DNA of 64,000 nucleotides. Source: an uncultured Gammaproteobacteria bacterium. GTDB taxonomy: Bacteria > Pseudomonadota > Gammaproteobacteria > Ga0077536. Shown here in pieces: positions 9,708-19,445 of this stretch. Within the stretch, counting starts at the first letter, position 1, and every line of letters begins with the position of its first letter. Below the pieces are notes generated by a model. The model was not told where the DNA came from and did no database searches. It saw only the letters and a program-made list of their open reading frames with translations. The stretch covers positions 8,357-72,356 of the forward strand of contig CALOBG010000005.1 in the NCBI GenBank assembly GCA_942490995.1, written 5' to 3'. The translations under genes and the position numbers were made by a program.

Positions 9708-10933
9708 GTCCTGACGTCGAGCGCTTCGACCACGCTGCGGGAGCGCAGCAGCAGCACGATAGCCGGCAACGCGACGGCAAAGGTCAGGGCAAAAAATCCC
9801 GCCCAGCCGATCGCCTCGACCAGGTAGCCCGACGGCGGACCGGCAAAAACCCGCCCCAGACTTGCGACCGCGGTCAGCATCGCAAACTGGGTTGCGGTAA
9901 AGCGGCGGTCACAGATCGCCATCAGCAGGGCCACGAAGGCCGCGGTGCCCATCCCGCCGGTCAGGTTTTCCAGACCGATCACCACGATCAAGGCGGCATA
10001 AGAACGTTCGATCAGGGCCAGACCAAGAAAACCGAAATTGGTCACCGCCTGCAGCCAGGCGAACAGCAACAGGGAACGGTACAGACCGAGACGGTACATC
10101 AGCGCGCCGCCGTAGAGCGCACCCACGATCGACGCGACCAGACCCAGCCCTTTATTGATGGCGCCGACATCGGTGAGGGTAAAGCCGAGTTCGCGGAGCA
10201 GAAAGGTGGTTGTCAGGCGGCCGGCGAAGGCGTCCCCCAGCTTGTACAGAAACACCAGCAGCAGCAGGCTTAAAGCGGCTTCGCGGGTAAAAAAATTCTG
10301 CAGGGGACCGACCACCGCCGCCTGCAGGGACGCCGGTTGTGCCACATCGGTTGCCACCGGCGGACCGAGCAGGGTCGTGAGCACGCCGAACAATACGATC
10401 GCGGCCATCACCAGGTAGGTAGTGGCGAAACCGATCTGATCGGCCATCAGCAGTGCCCCGGCCCCTGATACCAGCATCGCCACCCGGTAACCGGTTACCG
10501 AAACCGCCGCGCCGAAGCCGCGTTCACGCTCGGTGAGCACCTCGGTACGATAGGCGTCGATGGCGATATCCTGGGTTGCGCTCATGAACGCAATCATGAG
10601 CGCAACCAGACCCAGCAACCCCAGCGCGCCGCTGGCCAGATTGCCGAGACCGGCGGCGGCCAGCAATACGGCCAGGGCGAGCTGGCAGAGCAGGATCCAG
10701 TCGCGTCGCCGTCCCGGCCAGCCGAACTGGAAACGGTCAACCAGCGGCGCCCACACAAACTTGAATACGTACGGCAGACCGACCAGGGAAAACATGCCGA
10801 TGGTCGCGATGTCGACGCCGGCCTTGGTCAGCCACGCCTGCATGGTGCTGTCCGACAGCGCCAGCGGCAGCCCGGAGGCGAAGCCGAGCATGGCGATCGT
10901 CAGGACGCGTCGATTGAACAGTTGTAGTTGCAT
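9704..10933 (-). CDS. ampG: AmpG-family muropeptide MFS permease
   Basis: MQLQLFNRRVLTIAMLGFASGLPLAL...VWAPLVDR... is the AmpG signature. Twelve to fourteen TM segments. The longer tracked ORF (to 11617) is a spurious antisense extension across the CYTH gene. Confidence 0.8.
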   Translation of the reverse strand: MQLQLFNRRVLTIAMLGFASGLPLALSDSTMQAWLTKAGVDIATIGMFSLVGLPYVFKFVWAPLVDRFQFGWPGRRRDWILLCQLALAVLLAAAGLGNLASGALGLLGLVALMIAFMSATQDIAIDAYRTEVLTERERGFGAAVSVTGYRVAMLVSGAGALLMADQIGFATTYLVMAAIVLFGVLTTLLGPPVATDVAQPASLQAAVVGPLQNFFTREAALSLLLLVFLYKLGDAFAGRLTTTFLLRELGFTLTDVGAINKGLGLVASIVGALYGGALMYRLGLYRSLLLFAWLQAVTNFGFLGLALIERSYAALIVVIGLENLTGGMGTAAFVALLMAICDRRFTATQFAMLTAVASLGRVFAGPPSGYLVEAIGWAGFFALTFAVALPAIVLLLRSRSVVEALDVRT

Positions 10934-11008
10934 GGCATGTCGGTATTTGCAGCGCGCGGGCACGCATTGTATACGTAGGCGCAGATCTGACCGCGGCGGC
11001 TGAACACC

Positions 11009-11476
11009 ATGGGTACCGAAATTGAACGCAAATTCCTGTTGCGCGACGACAGCTGGCGCGCGGCGGTCGAGCGGTCGGTGAGCATGCGCCAGGGCTACCT
11101 GAGCGCGCAGGCGCCGTGCTCGGTACGGGTGCGCCTGGAAGGCAACGAGGCGCGCCTGAATATCAAAAGCGCGACCCTCGGCATCGAGCGCCAGGAATTC
11201 GAATACGCAATCCCGGTGGCCGACGCCGAAGCCATGCTCGATACCCTGTGCGGCGGCCGCGCGGTGGCGAAACAGCGCCATTACGTGCGACACGCCGGGC
11301 ACCTGTGGGAAATCGACGAGTTCAGCGACGCCAACCACGGCCTGGTGGTCGCGGAACTCGAACTCGACAGTGTCGACGAGCCCTTCGTCGCCCCGCCATG
11401 GCTCGGCGAAGAAGTCTCGGCGGACGAACGCTACTACAACGTGCGCCTTATCGAACACCCCTACTCGGCCTGGTAA
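11009..11476 (+). CDS. CYTH-domain protein (CyaB/ThTPase-like triphosphate tunnel metalloenzyme)
   Basis: The N-terminal EIERKFLL motif and alternating acidic or basic beta-strand residues are typical of CYTH. Confidence 0.7.
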   Translation: MGTEIERKFLLRDDSWRAAVERSVSMRQGYLSAQAPCSVRVRLEGNEARLNIKSATLGIERQEFEYAIPVADAEAMLDTLCGGRAVAKQRHYVRHAGHLWEIDEFSDANHGLVVAELELDSVDEPFVAPPWLGEEVSADERYYNVRLIEHPYSAW

Positions 11477-11561
11477 ACGCCGCGGGGACAGCCTCCTGGC
11501 GCCGCTGACGGAAACCCGCCCGTGGTATACTTCGACCTCGCCGGTAACACCGGCGGAGGGC

Positions 11562-12593
11562 ATGACGCGCATGGATCCAATCATCGACACGCAGGGCAGC
11601 TTCCCTGACCAGCTCATCGACCGCTTCGGCCGGGTCGTTGACTACGTGCGGATTTCAGTCACCGACCGCTGTGATTTCCGCTGTGTCTACTGCATGGACG
11701 AAACCATGCAGTTCCTGCCGCGCGCGCGCATCCTGACGCTCGAGGAACTGGCCCTGGTCGGCCGCGCGTTCAGCGAGTTGGGCGTGCGTAAAATTCGCCT
11801 CACCGGCGGCGAGCCACTGGTACGCAACAACGTGCTGAAGCTGGTACAGGACCTCGGTCGACTCGAGCAACTCGATGAGCTGGTCATTACCACCAACGGT
11901 TCGCAGCTGCGCAAAATGGCGCAAGCGTTACGCGATGCCGGCGTGCGCCGCCTCAACATCAGCCTCGATTCCCTCGACCCGGAGCGCTTTCGTCGCCTGA
12001 CCCGGGTTGGCGAACTCGATACCGTCCTCGACGGCATCGAAGCCGCACGCGAAGCGGGCTTTGACAACATCAAGCTCAACGCCGTGATCCTGCGCAACCG
12101 TAACGAACAGGAAGTGATCCCGCTGGTGGAGTTCGCCGGCGCGCGCGGCCTCGACATTTCTTTTATCGAAGAAATGCCGCTCGGCGTGATCGGCGATCAC
12201 GATCGCGCCGAAGCGTATTACTCCAGCGATCAGATCCGTGCCGATCTCGCTGAGCGTTTCACCCTCGTGCCGACCACCGAAACCACTGGCGGCCCGTCGA
12301 AGTATTTTCACGTCAGCGAAACCGGCCGGCGGGTCGGCTTCATTTCGCCGCACAGCCATAATTTCTGTGACGACTGCAATCGCGTACGCCTGACCGTCGA
12401 AGGCCGCCTGCTGCTGTGCCTTGGCCAGGAACATTCGGTTGACCTGAAGAGCGTGCTGCGCGCGCATCCCAACGATCTCGATCGGCTCAAACAGGCGATC
12501 GTCGACAGTATGGCGATCAAGCCCAAAGGCCACGACTTCAATCTCAACGAGCAACCGCTGATATTTCGACACATGAGCCATACCGGCGGATAA
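11562..12593 (+). CDS. moaA: GTP 3',8-cyclase (molybdenum cofactor biosynthesis protein A)
   Basis: Radical-SAM CxxxCxxC (CDFRCVYC), an N-terminal [12 protein letters not shown] signature and a C-terminal second cluster (CDDCNRVR). A GGAGGG ribosome-binding site sits before the ATG. The tracked 407 aa ORF has a spurious 5' extension. Confidence 0.9.
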   Translation: MTRMDPIIDTQGSFPDQLIDRFGRVVDYVRISVTDRCDFRCVYCMDETMQFLPRARILTLEELALVGRAFSELGVRKIRLTGGEPLVRNNVLKLVQDLGRLEQLDELVITTNGSQLRKMAQALRDAGVRRLNISLDSLDPERFRRLTRVGELDTVLDGIEAAREAGFDNIKLNAVILRNRNEQEVIPLVEFAGARGLDISFIEEMPLGVIGDHDRAEAYYSSDQIRADLAERFTLVPTTETTGGPSKYFHVSETGRRVGFISPHSHNFCDDCNRVRLTVEGRLLLCLGQEHSVDLKSVLRAHPNDLDRLKQAIVDSMAIKPKGHDFNLNEQPLIFRHMSHTGG

Positions 12594-12616
12594 GCCCGGT
12601 CCGCAAGCCGCCGAGG

Positions 12617-13444
12617 ATGCCGTCCGCCCGCGCCTGCCGGTGCCTGCTTGCTGCCCTGATTGGCGTGAGCGCACTGCTCGGCGCACTACCCGGCGGCGCC
12701 GAGCCCGAGCCGGCGGAACTGCGCCTCGGCACCACCACCACCACCGATAATTCCGGACTCATCGCCCATCTGCTGCCGGCTTTTGAAACCGACAGCGGCT
12801 ACCGGGTGCGCGCCATCGCCACCGGCAGCGGCCGCGCGCTGAAACTGCTCGCCAACGGCGACGTCGATATCGTACTGACCCACGCGCCGCCGCTCGAAGC
12901 AGAGCTGCTGGCCAACGGACAGGCGGTAAATCCGCGCGCCATCATGTACAACGATTTTATTCTGGTCGGGCCGCAACGTGACCCGGCCAGCGCCGCGGAC
13001 AGCATTGATGTACTTGCGGCCCTGCGCGCCATCGCCACCAGCGAGCAACGCTTCATTTCGCGCGCCGACCGCTCCGGAACCGACCTGCGTGAACAGGCGT
13101 TGTGGGCGGCGGCCGGGATCGAACCGCGCGGCGAGTGGTACCGCGAAGCGGGCCAGGGCATGGGTAAAACGTTGCAGATCGCCGCCGAGCTCGACGCCTA
13201 TACGCTGGTCGATCGCGGCACCTGGCTGGCCTACGCGCAATCCCTGCCGCTACGCATCGTGGTCCAGGGCAGCGAACTTCTGTTCAACCGCTATAGCGTG
13301 TTGTCGGCCAATCCGACGCTCCACCCGCACACCAACCAGGCTGGCGCGCGGCGTTTGACCGAGTGGCTGACCTCGGAAGCGGCCAAGCGCCGAATTCGCG
13401 AATTTACCATCAATGGACAGCAGCTCTTCGTGCCATTACTTTAA
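12617..13444 (+). CDS. tupA: Tungstate/molybdate ABC transporter periplasmic substrate-binding protein (TupA/WtpA family)
   Basis: Signal peptide, then TTTDNSGL...ATGSGRAL..GD.D...TH, a PBP fold matching the tungstate-binding TupA family. It is followed by a permease and an ATPase. Confidence 0.7.
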   Translation: MPSARACRCLLAALIGVSALLGALPGGAEPEPAELRLGTTTTTDNSGLIAHLLPAFETDSGYRVRAIATGSGRALKLLANGDVDIVLTHAPPLEAELLANGQAVNPRAIMYNDFILVGPQRDPASAADSIDVLAALRAIATSEQRFISRADRSGTDLREQALWAAAGIEPRGEWYREAGQGMGKTLQIAAELDAYTLVDRGTWLAYAQSLPLRIVVQGSELLFNRYSVLSANPTLHPHTNQAGARRLTEWLTSEAAKRRIREFTINGQQLFVPLL

Positions 13445-13538
13445 CGGGCCAACGCCGAATCCAACCGCATCGTGAACAAGCACGCACATCCCATGCCGAA
13501 GCCATCAGGGCCGCGTTCGCGCGCCGGCGGAGCGACCG

Positions 13539-14240
13539 ATGAGTGAACTCGGTCTCGCTACACGGCAGGCGCTCGACCTGCTGCTGAGCGGCGACGCCGT
13601 GCTGTGGTCGATCATCGGCGTGTCGTTTTCGGTGTCCCTGCGCGCCATCGCCATCGCCACCCCGCTCGCCCTGTTCACCGCTTTTGTGCTGGCCTATACC
13701 CGCTTCCCGGGGCGTCGCGCGCTGGTTACAACGTTCAACACCCTGATGGCCGTACCGGCGGTCGTCGTCGGGCTGACCGTCTATTTGCTGTTGTCGCGCG
13801 CCGGCCCGGCCGGCGACCTGCGCCTGCTGTTCACCCAGAGCGCGATGATCATCGGCCAGATCCTGCTGTGCCTGCCGCTGCTCATCGCCATGGCCCACGC
13901 CGCGTTCCAGTCCGGGGACCACCGCGCCTGGGAATCCGCCCGGACCCTGGGCGCGACCCGCTGGCGGGCCATGCGCACGGTGATGTACGAGATCCGTTTC
14001 GGTCTGCTGGCCGCGGTGATCGCCGCCTTCGGCCGCATTATTGCCGAGGTCGGCTGTTCGATGATGGTTGGCGGCAACATCCTTTATCACACCCGCAATA
14101 TCCCCACCGCCATCGCGCTGGAGACCAGCAAAGGCGAATTTGCCCAGGGCATTGCCTTAGGCATCGTGCTGCTTGCTTTTGCCCTGTTACTCAACCTCGC
14201 GCTCAGCCATGCCCAGGGTGGCGGCGGGATCCCGCAATGA
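13539..14240 (+). CDS. tupB: Tungstate ABC transporter permease
   Basis: Five or six TM helices with an ABC permease EAA-like loop (ESARTLGATRWRAMRTV). Confidence 0.7.
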   Translation: MSELGLATRQALDLLLSGDAVLWSIIGVSFSVSLRAIAIATPLALFTAFVLAYTRFPGRRALVTTFNTLMAVPAVVVGLTVYLLLSRAGPAGDLRLLFTQSAMIIGQILLCLPLLIAMAHAAFQSGDHRAWESARTLGATRWRAMRTVMYEIRFGLLAAVIAAFGRIIAEVGCSMMVGGNILYHTRNIPTAIALETSKGEFAQGIALGIVLLAFALLLNLALSHAQGGGGIPQ

Positions 14241-14965
14241 GCGCCGACCAGGCCGCGGCGCTGATCGAAGTGCACGGGCTCGAGCTCGAACTCGCCGGCC
14301 GGCTGGTGCTCGACATCGAGACCCTGCGCATCGAACGCGGCCAGGTCGTCACCCTGGTCGGCCCCAACGGTTCGGGCAAAACTACCCTGCTGAAGCTGGC
14401 AGCCGGATTACTGCGGGCGCGGCGCGGCCGGTTTTCCTGCCTCGGTACCGCCATGTCGCCGCGCCAGGCGGCGAATTTCTGCCGTGGGCGGCACATCTAT
14501 CTGCACCAGACGCCGTACATGTTCGATGCCACGGTCGAGGACAACGTCGCCTACGGCCTCAAGCAGCGCGGACGTGATTTCACCCAGCGTCGCATCGAGA
14601 TCCGCGATGCGCTGGCCTGGGCACAGCTCGATCACCTCGTCCATCGACGGGCCGCGGAGTTGTCCGTCGGTGAACGCCAGCGCGTGGCCCTGACGCGCGC
14701 GCGGATCCTGGCGCCGTCGTTGCTGTTGCTCGACGAGATCACCGCCAATATGGACGAGAACAGCCGTCGCCGCAGCCTCGAGATGATTGCCGACCTCAAA
14801 CGCAGCGGCTCGAGCGTGGTATTCGCGACCCACGACCACGCGCCCCTGGCGGCGCTGAGTGACACGATGCTGGAACTTGACCAGGGCCGGCTCGTCGGCG
14901 GCCGTCGCGCGGCGGCCGCCGTGATCCCCTTGCGGCGCGAACGCGGCACGCCGGAAAAGCCGTAG
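14237..14965 (+). CDS. tupC: Tungstate ABC transporter ATP-binding protein
   Basis: Walker A GPNGSGKTT, an ABC signature (LSVGERQR) and Walker B LLLLDE. The start codon overlaps the tupB stop (ATGA). The tracked 453 aa ORF is a spurious upstream extension. Confidence 0.75.
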   Translation: MSADQAAALIEVHGLELELAGRLVLDIETLRIERGQVVTLVGPNGSGKTTLLKLAAGLLRARRGRFSCLGTAMSPRQAANFCRGRHIYLHQTPYMFDATVEDNVAYGLKQRGRDFTQRRIEIRDALAWAQLDHLVHRRAAELSVGERQRVALTRARILAPSLLLLDEITANMDENSRRRSLEMIADLKRSGSSVVFATHDHAPLAALSDTMLELDQGRLVGGRRAAAAVIPLRRERGTPEKP

Positions 14966-14994
14966 GTGGTGTGCATCGCCACTGGTGCCGAACG

Positions 14995-15603
14995 ATGACC
15001 GCCGCCCTTGAAATCTCCGGCTGCGTGCTCGCGGGCGGCCAGGGCCGGCGCCTGGACGGCGCCGACAAGGGCTTGCTGGAGATCGCCGGGCAGCCTCTGA
15101 TCGACATGTGTGTGACCCGCCTGCGACCACAGGTCAGCGAGATCCTCATCAGTGCCAATCGCAACCGCGAGATCTACCGACCCTGGGCGGATACCGTGTT
15201 TGCCGACGCTTTTGGCGATTACGCCGGCCCCCTGGCCGGATTCCTCGGCGCCATGGACCATGCACGCTTTCCCTACGTCGTGACGGCCGCATGTGACAGT
15301 CCCTTCATTCCACCGGACCTGGCCGCGCGGCTGTGGGATCCGATCGCAAACGGCGCGGCCGAGATCAGCGTGGTCAGCGCTGGCGGGCGACTGCAGCCGG
15401 TGTTCGCCTTGTTCGGCGTCGAGCTGCGCGATTCGCTGGCCGATTTCCTGAATGCCGGCGAGCGCAGGATCAGCGCCTGGTTCGAGCGCCACCGCGTGGT
15501 GAGCGTCGAGTTTGGCGACCCCGCGGCGTTTGCCAATATCAACACCGCGGACGAACTCGAGCGCATACGGGAACAGGTTGGCAGCCATGATCCAGTCGCA
15601 TAA
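14995..15603 (+). CDS. mobA: Molybdenum cofactor guanylyltransferase
   Basis: The N-terminal GxxLAGGxxxRxG motif (GCVLAGGQGRRL), LxD...GPLAG.L and a size near 200 aa. Confidence 0.8.
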   Translation: MTAALEISGCVLAGGQGRRLDGADKGLLEIAGQPLIDMCVTRLRPQVSEILISANRNREIYRPWADTVFADAFGDYAGPLAGFLGAMDHARFPYVVTAACDSPFIPPDLAARLWDPIANGAAEISVVSAGGRLQPVFALFGVELRDSLADFLNAGERRISAWFERHRVVSVEFGDPAAFANINTADELERIREQVGSHDPVA

Positions 15604-16144
15604 GGGCGTGCCGCTGCTGGGCGTGATTGCCGCCAGCGGCACCGGCAAAACCACCCTGCTCAGCGCGGTCATACCGCGACTGACGGCCGCGGGACTGCGG
15701 GTCGGCTGCATCAAACACACTCACCACCCGTTCGAAATCGATCGCCCGGGCAAAGACAGCTACGCGCTGCGCGCTGCCGGCGCGAGCCAGATGCTGCTCG
15801 GATCGGCCGGGCGCTGGGCGCTGATGGTCGATACCGGCAACGACCAGGACGCCGACCTGCTTACCCTCGTCGAGCGCCTTGAACTTACCAGCCTGGATAT
15901 CGTGCTCGTCGAAGGTTTCCGGCTCGAGGAAATTCCCAAAATCGAGGTTCATCGAATTGAGCTGGCGCCGCCCGTGACCCGCGCTGACTCCGAACACGTC
16001 ATCGCGGTGGCAACCAACCAGAAACCACCGCCGGCGCTTGCGATCCCGGTACTGGATATCGATCGACCCGATCTGGTTGCGTCTTTCGTAGAATCGCATA
16101 TCACCAGGGTGCGGCACTTGCGCGCCGCCTCGACTCTCGCATAA
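15587..16144 (+). CDS. mobB: Molybdopterin-guanine dinucleotide biosynthesis adapter protein
   Basis: P-loop GVIAASGTGKTTL and the MobB fold. It overlaps the 3' end of mobA. Confidence 0.8.
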   Translation: MIQSHKGVPLLGVIAASGTGKTTLLSAVIPRLTAAGLRVGCIKHTHHPFEIDRPGKDSYALRAAGASQMLLGSAGRWALMVDTGNDQDADLLTLVERLELTSLDIVLVEGFRLEEIPKIEVHRIELAPPVTRADSEHVIAVATNQKPPPALAIPVLDIDRPDLVASFVESHITRVRHLRAASTLA

Positions 16145-17406
16145 TGACAGCCATGCAACGCGATCCCAGCTGCGACGACGATTTCGACTCTGCTTCACTG
16201 AGCCTGCCGGAAGCGCTGCGCCGCATCCTCGACAACGTCATCGAAGTCGATGGATTCGAGCGCCTGCATCTGCGCGCCGCATTGGGCCGGGTGCTGGCCG
16301 AGGCCGTGATATCGCCCTTCGATGTGCCGCCGCATACGAATTCGGCGATGGACGGCTATGCGATCCGGAGCGCCGACGTTCCGGACCGAGGCGAAACGCG
16401 TCTGCAGGTGATCGGCACCGCGTTTGCCGGCAAGCCGTGTACGCGCGCGGTTGGCGCCGGCGAGGCCGTACGCATCATGACCGGCGCCGCAATTCCCGAC
16501 GGCGCCGACACCGTCGTCATGCAGGAACATGTCAACGCCGCCGACGACGGCATCGTTATCGACGGCGGACACAAGCCCGGCCAGAACGTGCGCGCCGCCG
16601 GCGAAGATATCAAGTCCGGACAACAGGTGCTGGCGCCAGGCCAGGATCTCGGACCGGCGGAACTCGGCCTCATTGCATCGCTCGGGGTAGGCGAAGTCAA
16701 CGTCAGGCGCCGCGTGCGCGTCGCCTATTTTTCCACCGGCGACGAGTTACGTTCGATCGGGGAAACGCTCGGACCGGGTGACATCTACGACTCCAACCGC
16801 TACACCCTGTACGCCATGTTGTCGCGTTTCGGCGCCGAGATCATCGACATGGGCGTGGTCCGCGATACGCGGGCGGCCGTCGAAGCAGCGCTGACTCAGG
16901 CCGCGGAAAATGCCGATGTGGTGATCACATCGGGCGGCGTGTCGGTCGGTGAAGCGGATTACATCAAGGAAGTCCTTGCCGATATCGGCAAGGTCGGATT
17001 CTGGAAGGTTGCGATGAAACCGGGCCGGCCGCTGGCCTTCGGCACCATCGGCAAGGCGCGCTTTTTTGGCCTGCCCGGCAATCCGGTATCGGTGATGGTC
17101 ACGTTCTACCAGTTCGTCGAACCGGCGCTGACCAGGATCTCGGGCGCCGCGCCGCGGGTACCGATCGAAATTACCGCGCGCACCACCAGTGTGTTGAAAA
17201 AGCGCCCGGGGCGCATGGAATATCAGCGCGGCGTGCTGTCCCGCGGCAGCGACGGCGCACTCGAAGTCCGGCCCACCGGCGATCAGGGCTCGGGGATCCT
17301 GCACTCCATGTCGGTCGCGGACTGCTTCATCGTACTGCCGATCGAAAGCGACCGCGTCGAAGCCGGTGCAAGTGTAGTTGTGCAGCCCTTCTACGGCATG
17401 ATCTAG
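16144..17406 (+). CDS. moeA: Molybdopterin molybdotransferase
   Basis: MoeA N-terminal domain (..NSAMDGYA..), GGVSVGE.D and LPGNPVS motifs. The start overlaps the mobB stop (TAATG). Confidence 0.85.
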   Translation: MTAMQRDPSCDDDFDSASLSLPEALRRILDNVIEVDGFERLHLRAALGRVLAEAVISPFDVPPHTNSAMDGYAIRSADVPDRGETRLQVIGTAFAGKPCTRAVGAGEAVRIMTGAAIPDGADTVVMQEHVNAADDGIVIDGGHKPGQNVRAAGEDIKSGQQVLAPGQDLGPAELGLIASLGVGEVNVRRRVRVAYFSTGDELRSIGETLGPGDIYDSNRYTLYAMLSRFGAEIIDMGVVRDTRAAVEAALTQAAENADVVITSGGVSVGEADYIKEVLADIGKVGFWKVAMKPGRPLAFGTIGKARFFGLPGNPVSVMVTFYQFVEPALTRISGAAPRVPIEITARTTSVLKKRPGRMEYQRGVLSRGSDGALEVRPTGDQGSGILHSMSVADCFIVLPIESDRVEAGASVVVQPFYGMI

Positions 17407-17692
17407 CAGATTGGTCAAAAACTACTGCGGATACCGTGGGCGGCGTTGTGCACTCGTCTGCGGTCCTCATTTACACCAGTAAACTCCGGTCCTCGTCTCG
17501 CGCACGCCTTGCCCACGGTATTCCTCGCTACGTTTTTGACCAATCTGCTCGCAGGCTGGTGAAAAACTACTGCGGATACCGTGGGCGGCGTTGTGCGCTC
17601 GGCAGCCAGCCTCATTTACACCAGTAAACTCCGGTCCTCGTCTCGCCCACGCCGCCCACGACATCCGCAGCAGCTTTTCGCCGGTCTGCTAG
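17403..17692. repeat. Locus B of the MITE-like repeat family: two tandem units in forward orientation, bounded by CTAG at both ends
   Basis: CTAG at 17403-06 contains the moeA stop codon TAG. CTAG at 17689-92 contains the pqqB stop (reverse-complement CTA). The internal units match locus A at more than 85% identity. Confidence 0.85.
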
Positions 17693-18615
17693 AGTTCGAT
17701 GGCCATCCCGTCGTACGAAACTTCCCAGCCGGCGGCTTCGACGGTGCGTCGCTCGTTGGTATCCTCGATCAGGATCGGATTGGTGGTGTTGATGTGGATG
17801 AACACTTTGCGCTGAATATCCAGATCGCGGAACGCCGCCAGCGTCCCGCTGTCACCCGACACGCTCATATGGCCCATGCGCTGACCGGTCTTGACACCCA
17901 CCCCGTCGCGGATCATTTCGTCGTCGACCCATAGCGTGCCGTCAAAAAAGATCAGGCCGGCGCCGTGAATGCGCGCAGCAAGCGTTTCGGTCATACGCGC
18001 GCAGGCCGGCATATAGTAAAAGCGCGCGCCGTCGGCGCCCTGCACTTCCAGCGCAATCGTATCTTCGTCAACGGTCCCGAAATTTTCGCCCTGGCCCTGG
18101 TCTTCGAGCCACAGTGCAACTTTGCCCGGCACCGCGAACGGCGTGACGCTGACCCCGAGTGCGGCGCCGGCCGCATCGACCAGATCGCAGCGCTGTTCGA
18201 GTTGAAACGCCTGTCGCGTAACAAAGTCCGGATTCAGGACATTGAATATCGAATTGTCCGCCAGCACCGACAGCACCCGTTGCGTGGCATACAGGCGCAG
18301 GGGCTGCGATTCGCGCAGATTCAGCAGGCCCGCGACGTGATCGACATCGGCATTGGTCAGGACCACGGATTTAATCGGACTGTCGCGCAGCGCCAGGCGC
18401 GGCTGAAGAATGTCGTTATCGTTGATCTGCTGACGCAGGTCAGGTGAGGCATTGAACAGCGTCCAGCGTTCGCCATCGGCGCTGACCGCGATCGACGACT
18501 GGGTGCGCTGCGGAGCAGCGGGGTCGCGTTCACGTGCGCGACGCGAGTTGGGGTGGTTGCAGTTCCATTGCGGGTAGCCGCCGCCGGCGGCGGAGCCCAG
18601 GACTCGAATAAACAT
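17689..18615 (-). CDS. pqqB: Pyrroloquinoline quinone biosynthesis protein B (metallo-beta-lactamase fold)
   Basis: MFIRVLGSAAGGGYPQWNCNHPNS...APRTQSSIAVS matches PqqB N-termini almost residue for residue. Confidence 0.85.
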   Translation of the reverse strand: MFIRVLGSAAGGGYPQWNCNHPNSRRARERDPAAPQRTQSSIAVSADGERWTLFNASPDLRQQINDNDILQPRLALRDSPIKSVVLTNADVDHVAGLLNLRESQPLRLYATQRVLSVLADNSIFNVLNPDFVTRQAFQLEQRCDLVDAAGAALGVSVTPFAVPGKVALWLEDQGQGENFGTVDEDTIALEVQGADGARFYYMPACARMTETLAARIHGAGLIFFDGTLWVDDEMIRDGVGVKTGQRMGHMSVSGDSGTLAAFRDLDIQRKVFIHINTTNPILIEDTNERRTVEAAGWEVSYDGMAIEL

Positions 18616-18653
18616 AAGCTAATCTCGCGGCGAAAAACTCGAACCGGCTATTG

Positions 18654-19112
18654 TCAGGGTTGAAAGTCAGCGCTGGAACCGGGCGTGTTGTTGGCAACCC
18701 AGCGCTCTCCGCTGTCGCTTTTTTCCTTTTTCCACAGCGGCGCGCTCGACTTGAGTTCTTCCATCACGTGTCGACAGGACTCGAACGCATGCGCGCGATG
18801 CGCGGACCATACCGCGACCAGCACGATCGGATCGGCCGGACGCACTTCGCCGACACGGTGGACAATCAGGATGTCGTCGAGCTCCCAGCGCTCGAGCGCC
18901 GCGGCGGCGAGCCGTTCGAGGTGCGCCTCGGTCATGCCCGGATAGTGTTCAAGGACCATCGACTCGACGGCTGCGCCATCATTGAAATCACGCATCGAAC
19001 CGACAAAGGTGGCGGCCGCGCCGATCGAACGGGCGCGCGCACCAAAGCCTTCCTGCACCGCGCGGATTTCGTCGAGCGGGTCGAACGGCTGCGGCGTAAT
19101 GCGAACCTTCAT
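18654..19112 (-). CDS. moaE: Molybdopterin synthase catalytic subunit
   Basis: Its size and conserved segments (GA..SF.G.MR...G..V..MVLEHYP.M) match the MoaE fold. Confidence 0.8.
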   Translation of the reverse strand: MKVRITPQPFDPLDEIRAVQEGFGARARSIGAAATFVGSMRDFNDGAAVESMVLEHYPGMTEAHLERLAAAALERWELDDILIVHRVGEVRPADPIVLVAVWSAHRAHAFESCRHVMEELKSSAPLWKKEKSDSGERWVANNTPGSSADFQP

Positions 19113-19113
19113 T

Positions 19114-19347
19114 TCAGCCGCCCGTCACCGGCGGGAAATAGGCGACTTCGTCGTTGTCCTCGAGGACCTGGTCGAGTTCGCAATAGGTGTGATTGACGGC
19201 ACACAGGATCCCGGACGGCAGCGTTGCTTCGCCGGTCAGCGCCGACCATACGTGCGTCACGGTCAGGTCGCGCGCGAACTCGAGTTCGCTCTCGCGGCGG
19301 CCGACGGTCTCGGCTAGACTGGCAAAAAATCGGACTTTGATACTCAT
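19114..19347 (-). CDS. moaD: Molybdopterin synthase sulfur-carrier subunit
   Basis: 77 aa, MSIKVRFFASL..., with a C-terminal Gly-Gly. It lies immediately downstream of moaE. Confidence 0.75.
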   Translation of the reverse strand: MSIKVRFFASLAETVGRRESELEFARDLTVTHVWSALTGEATLPSGILCAVNHTYCELDQVLEDNDEVAYFPPVTGG

Positions 19348-19445
19348 CGCTGTGTAATTATTGCAATCGCGGTTATTCACAACAGGTAGTTTAGCAGGCC
19401 GGCACCGCGTAGCGGGCCTGCACCTGCCATCGAACAGGAACAACC

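Noticed and set aside
9704-11617. Tracked ORFs of 637 aa (AmpG), 407 aa (MoaA, 11370-12593) and 453 aa (TupC, 13604-14965) taken at face value
   Set aside because: The N-terminal extensions overlap neighbouring genes and carry no family homology. Internal starts with ribosome-binding sites give canonical protein lengths.
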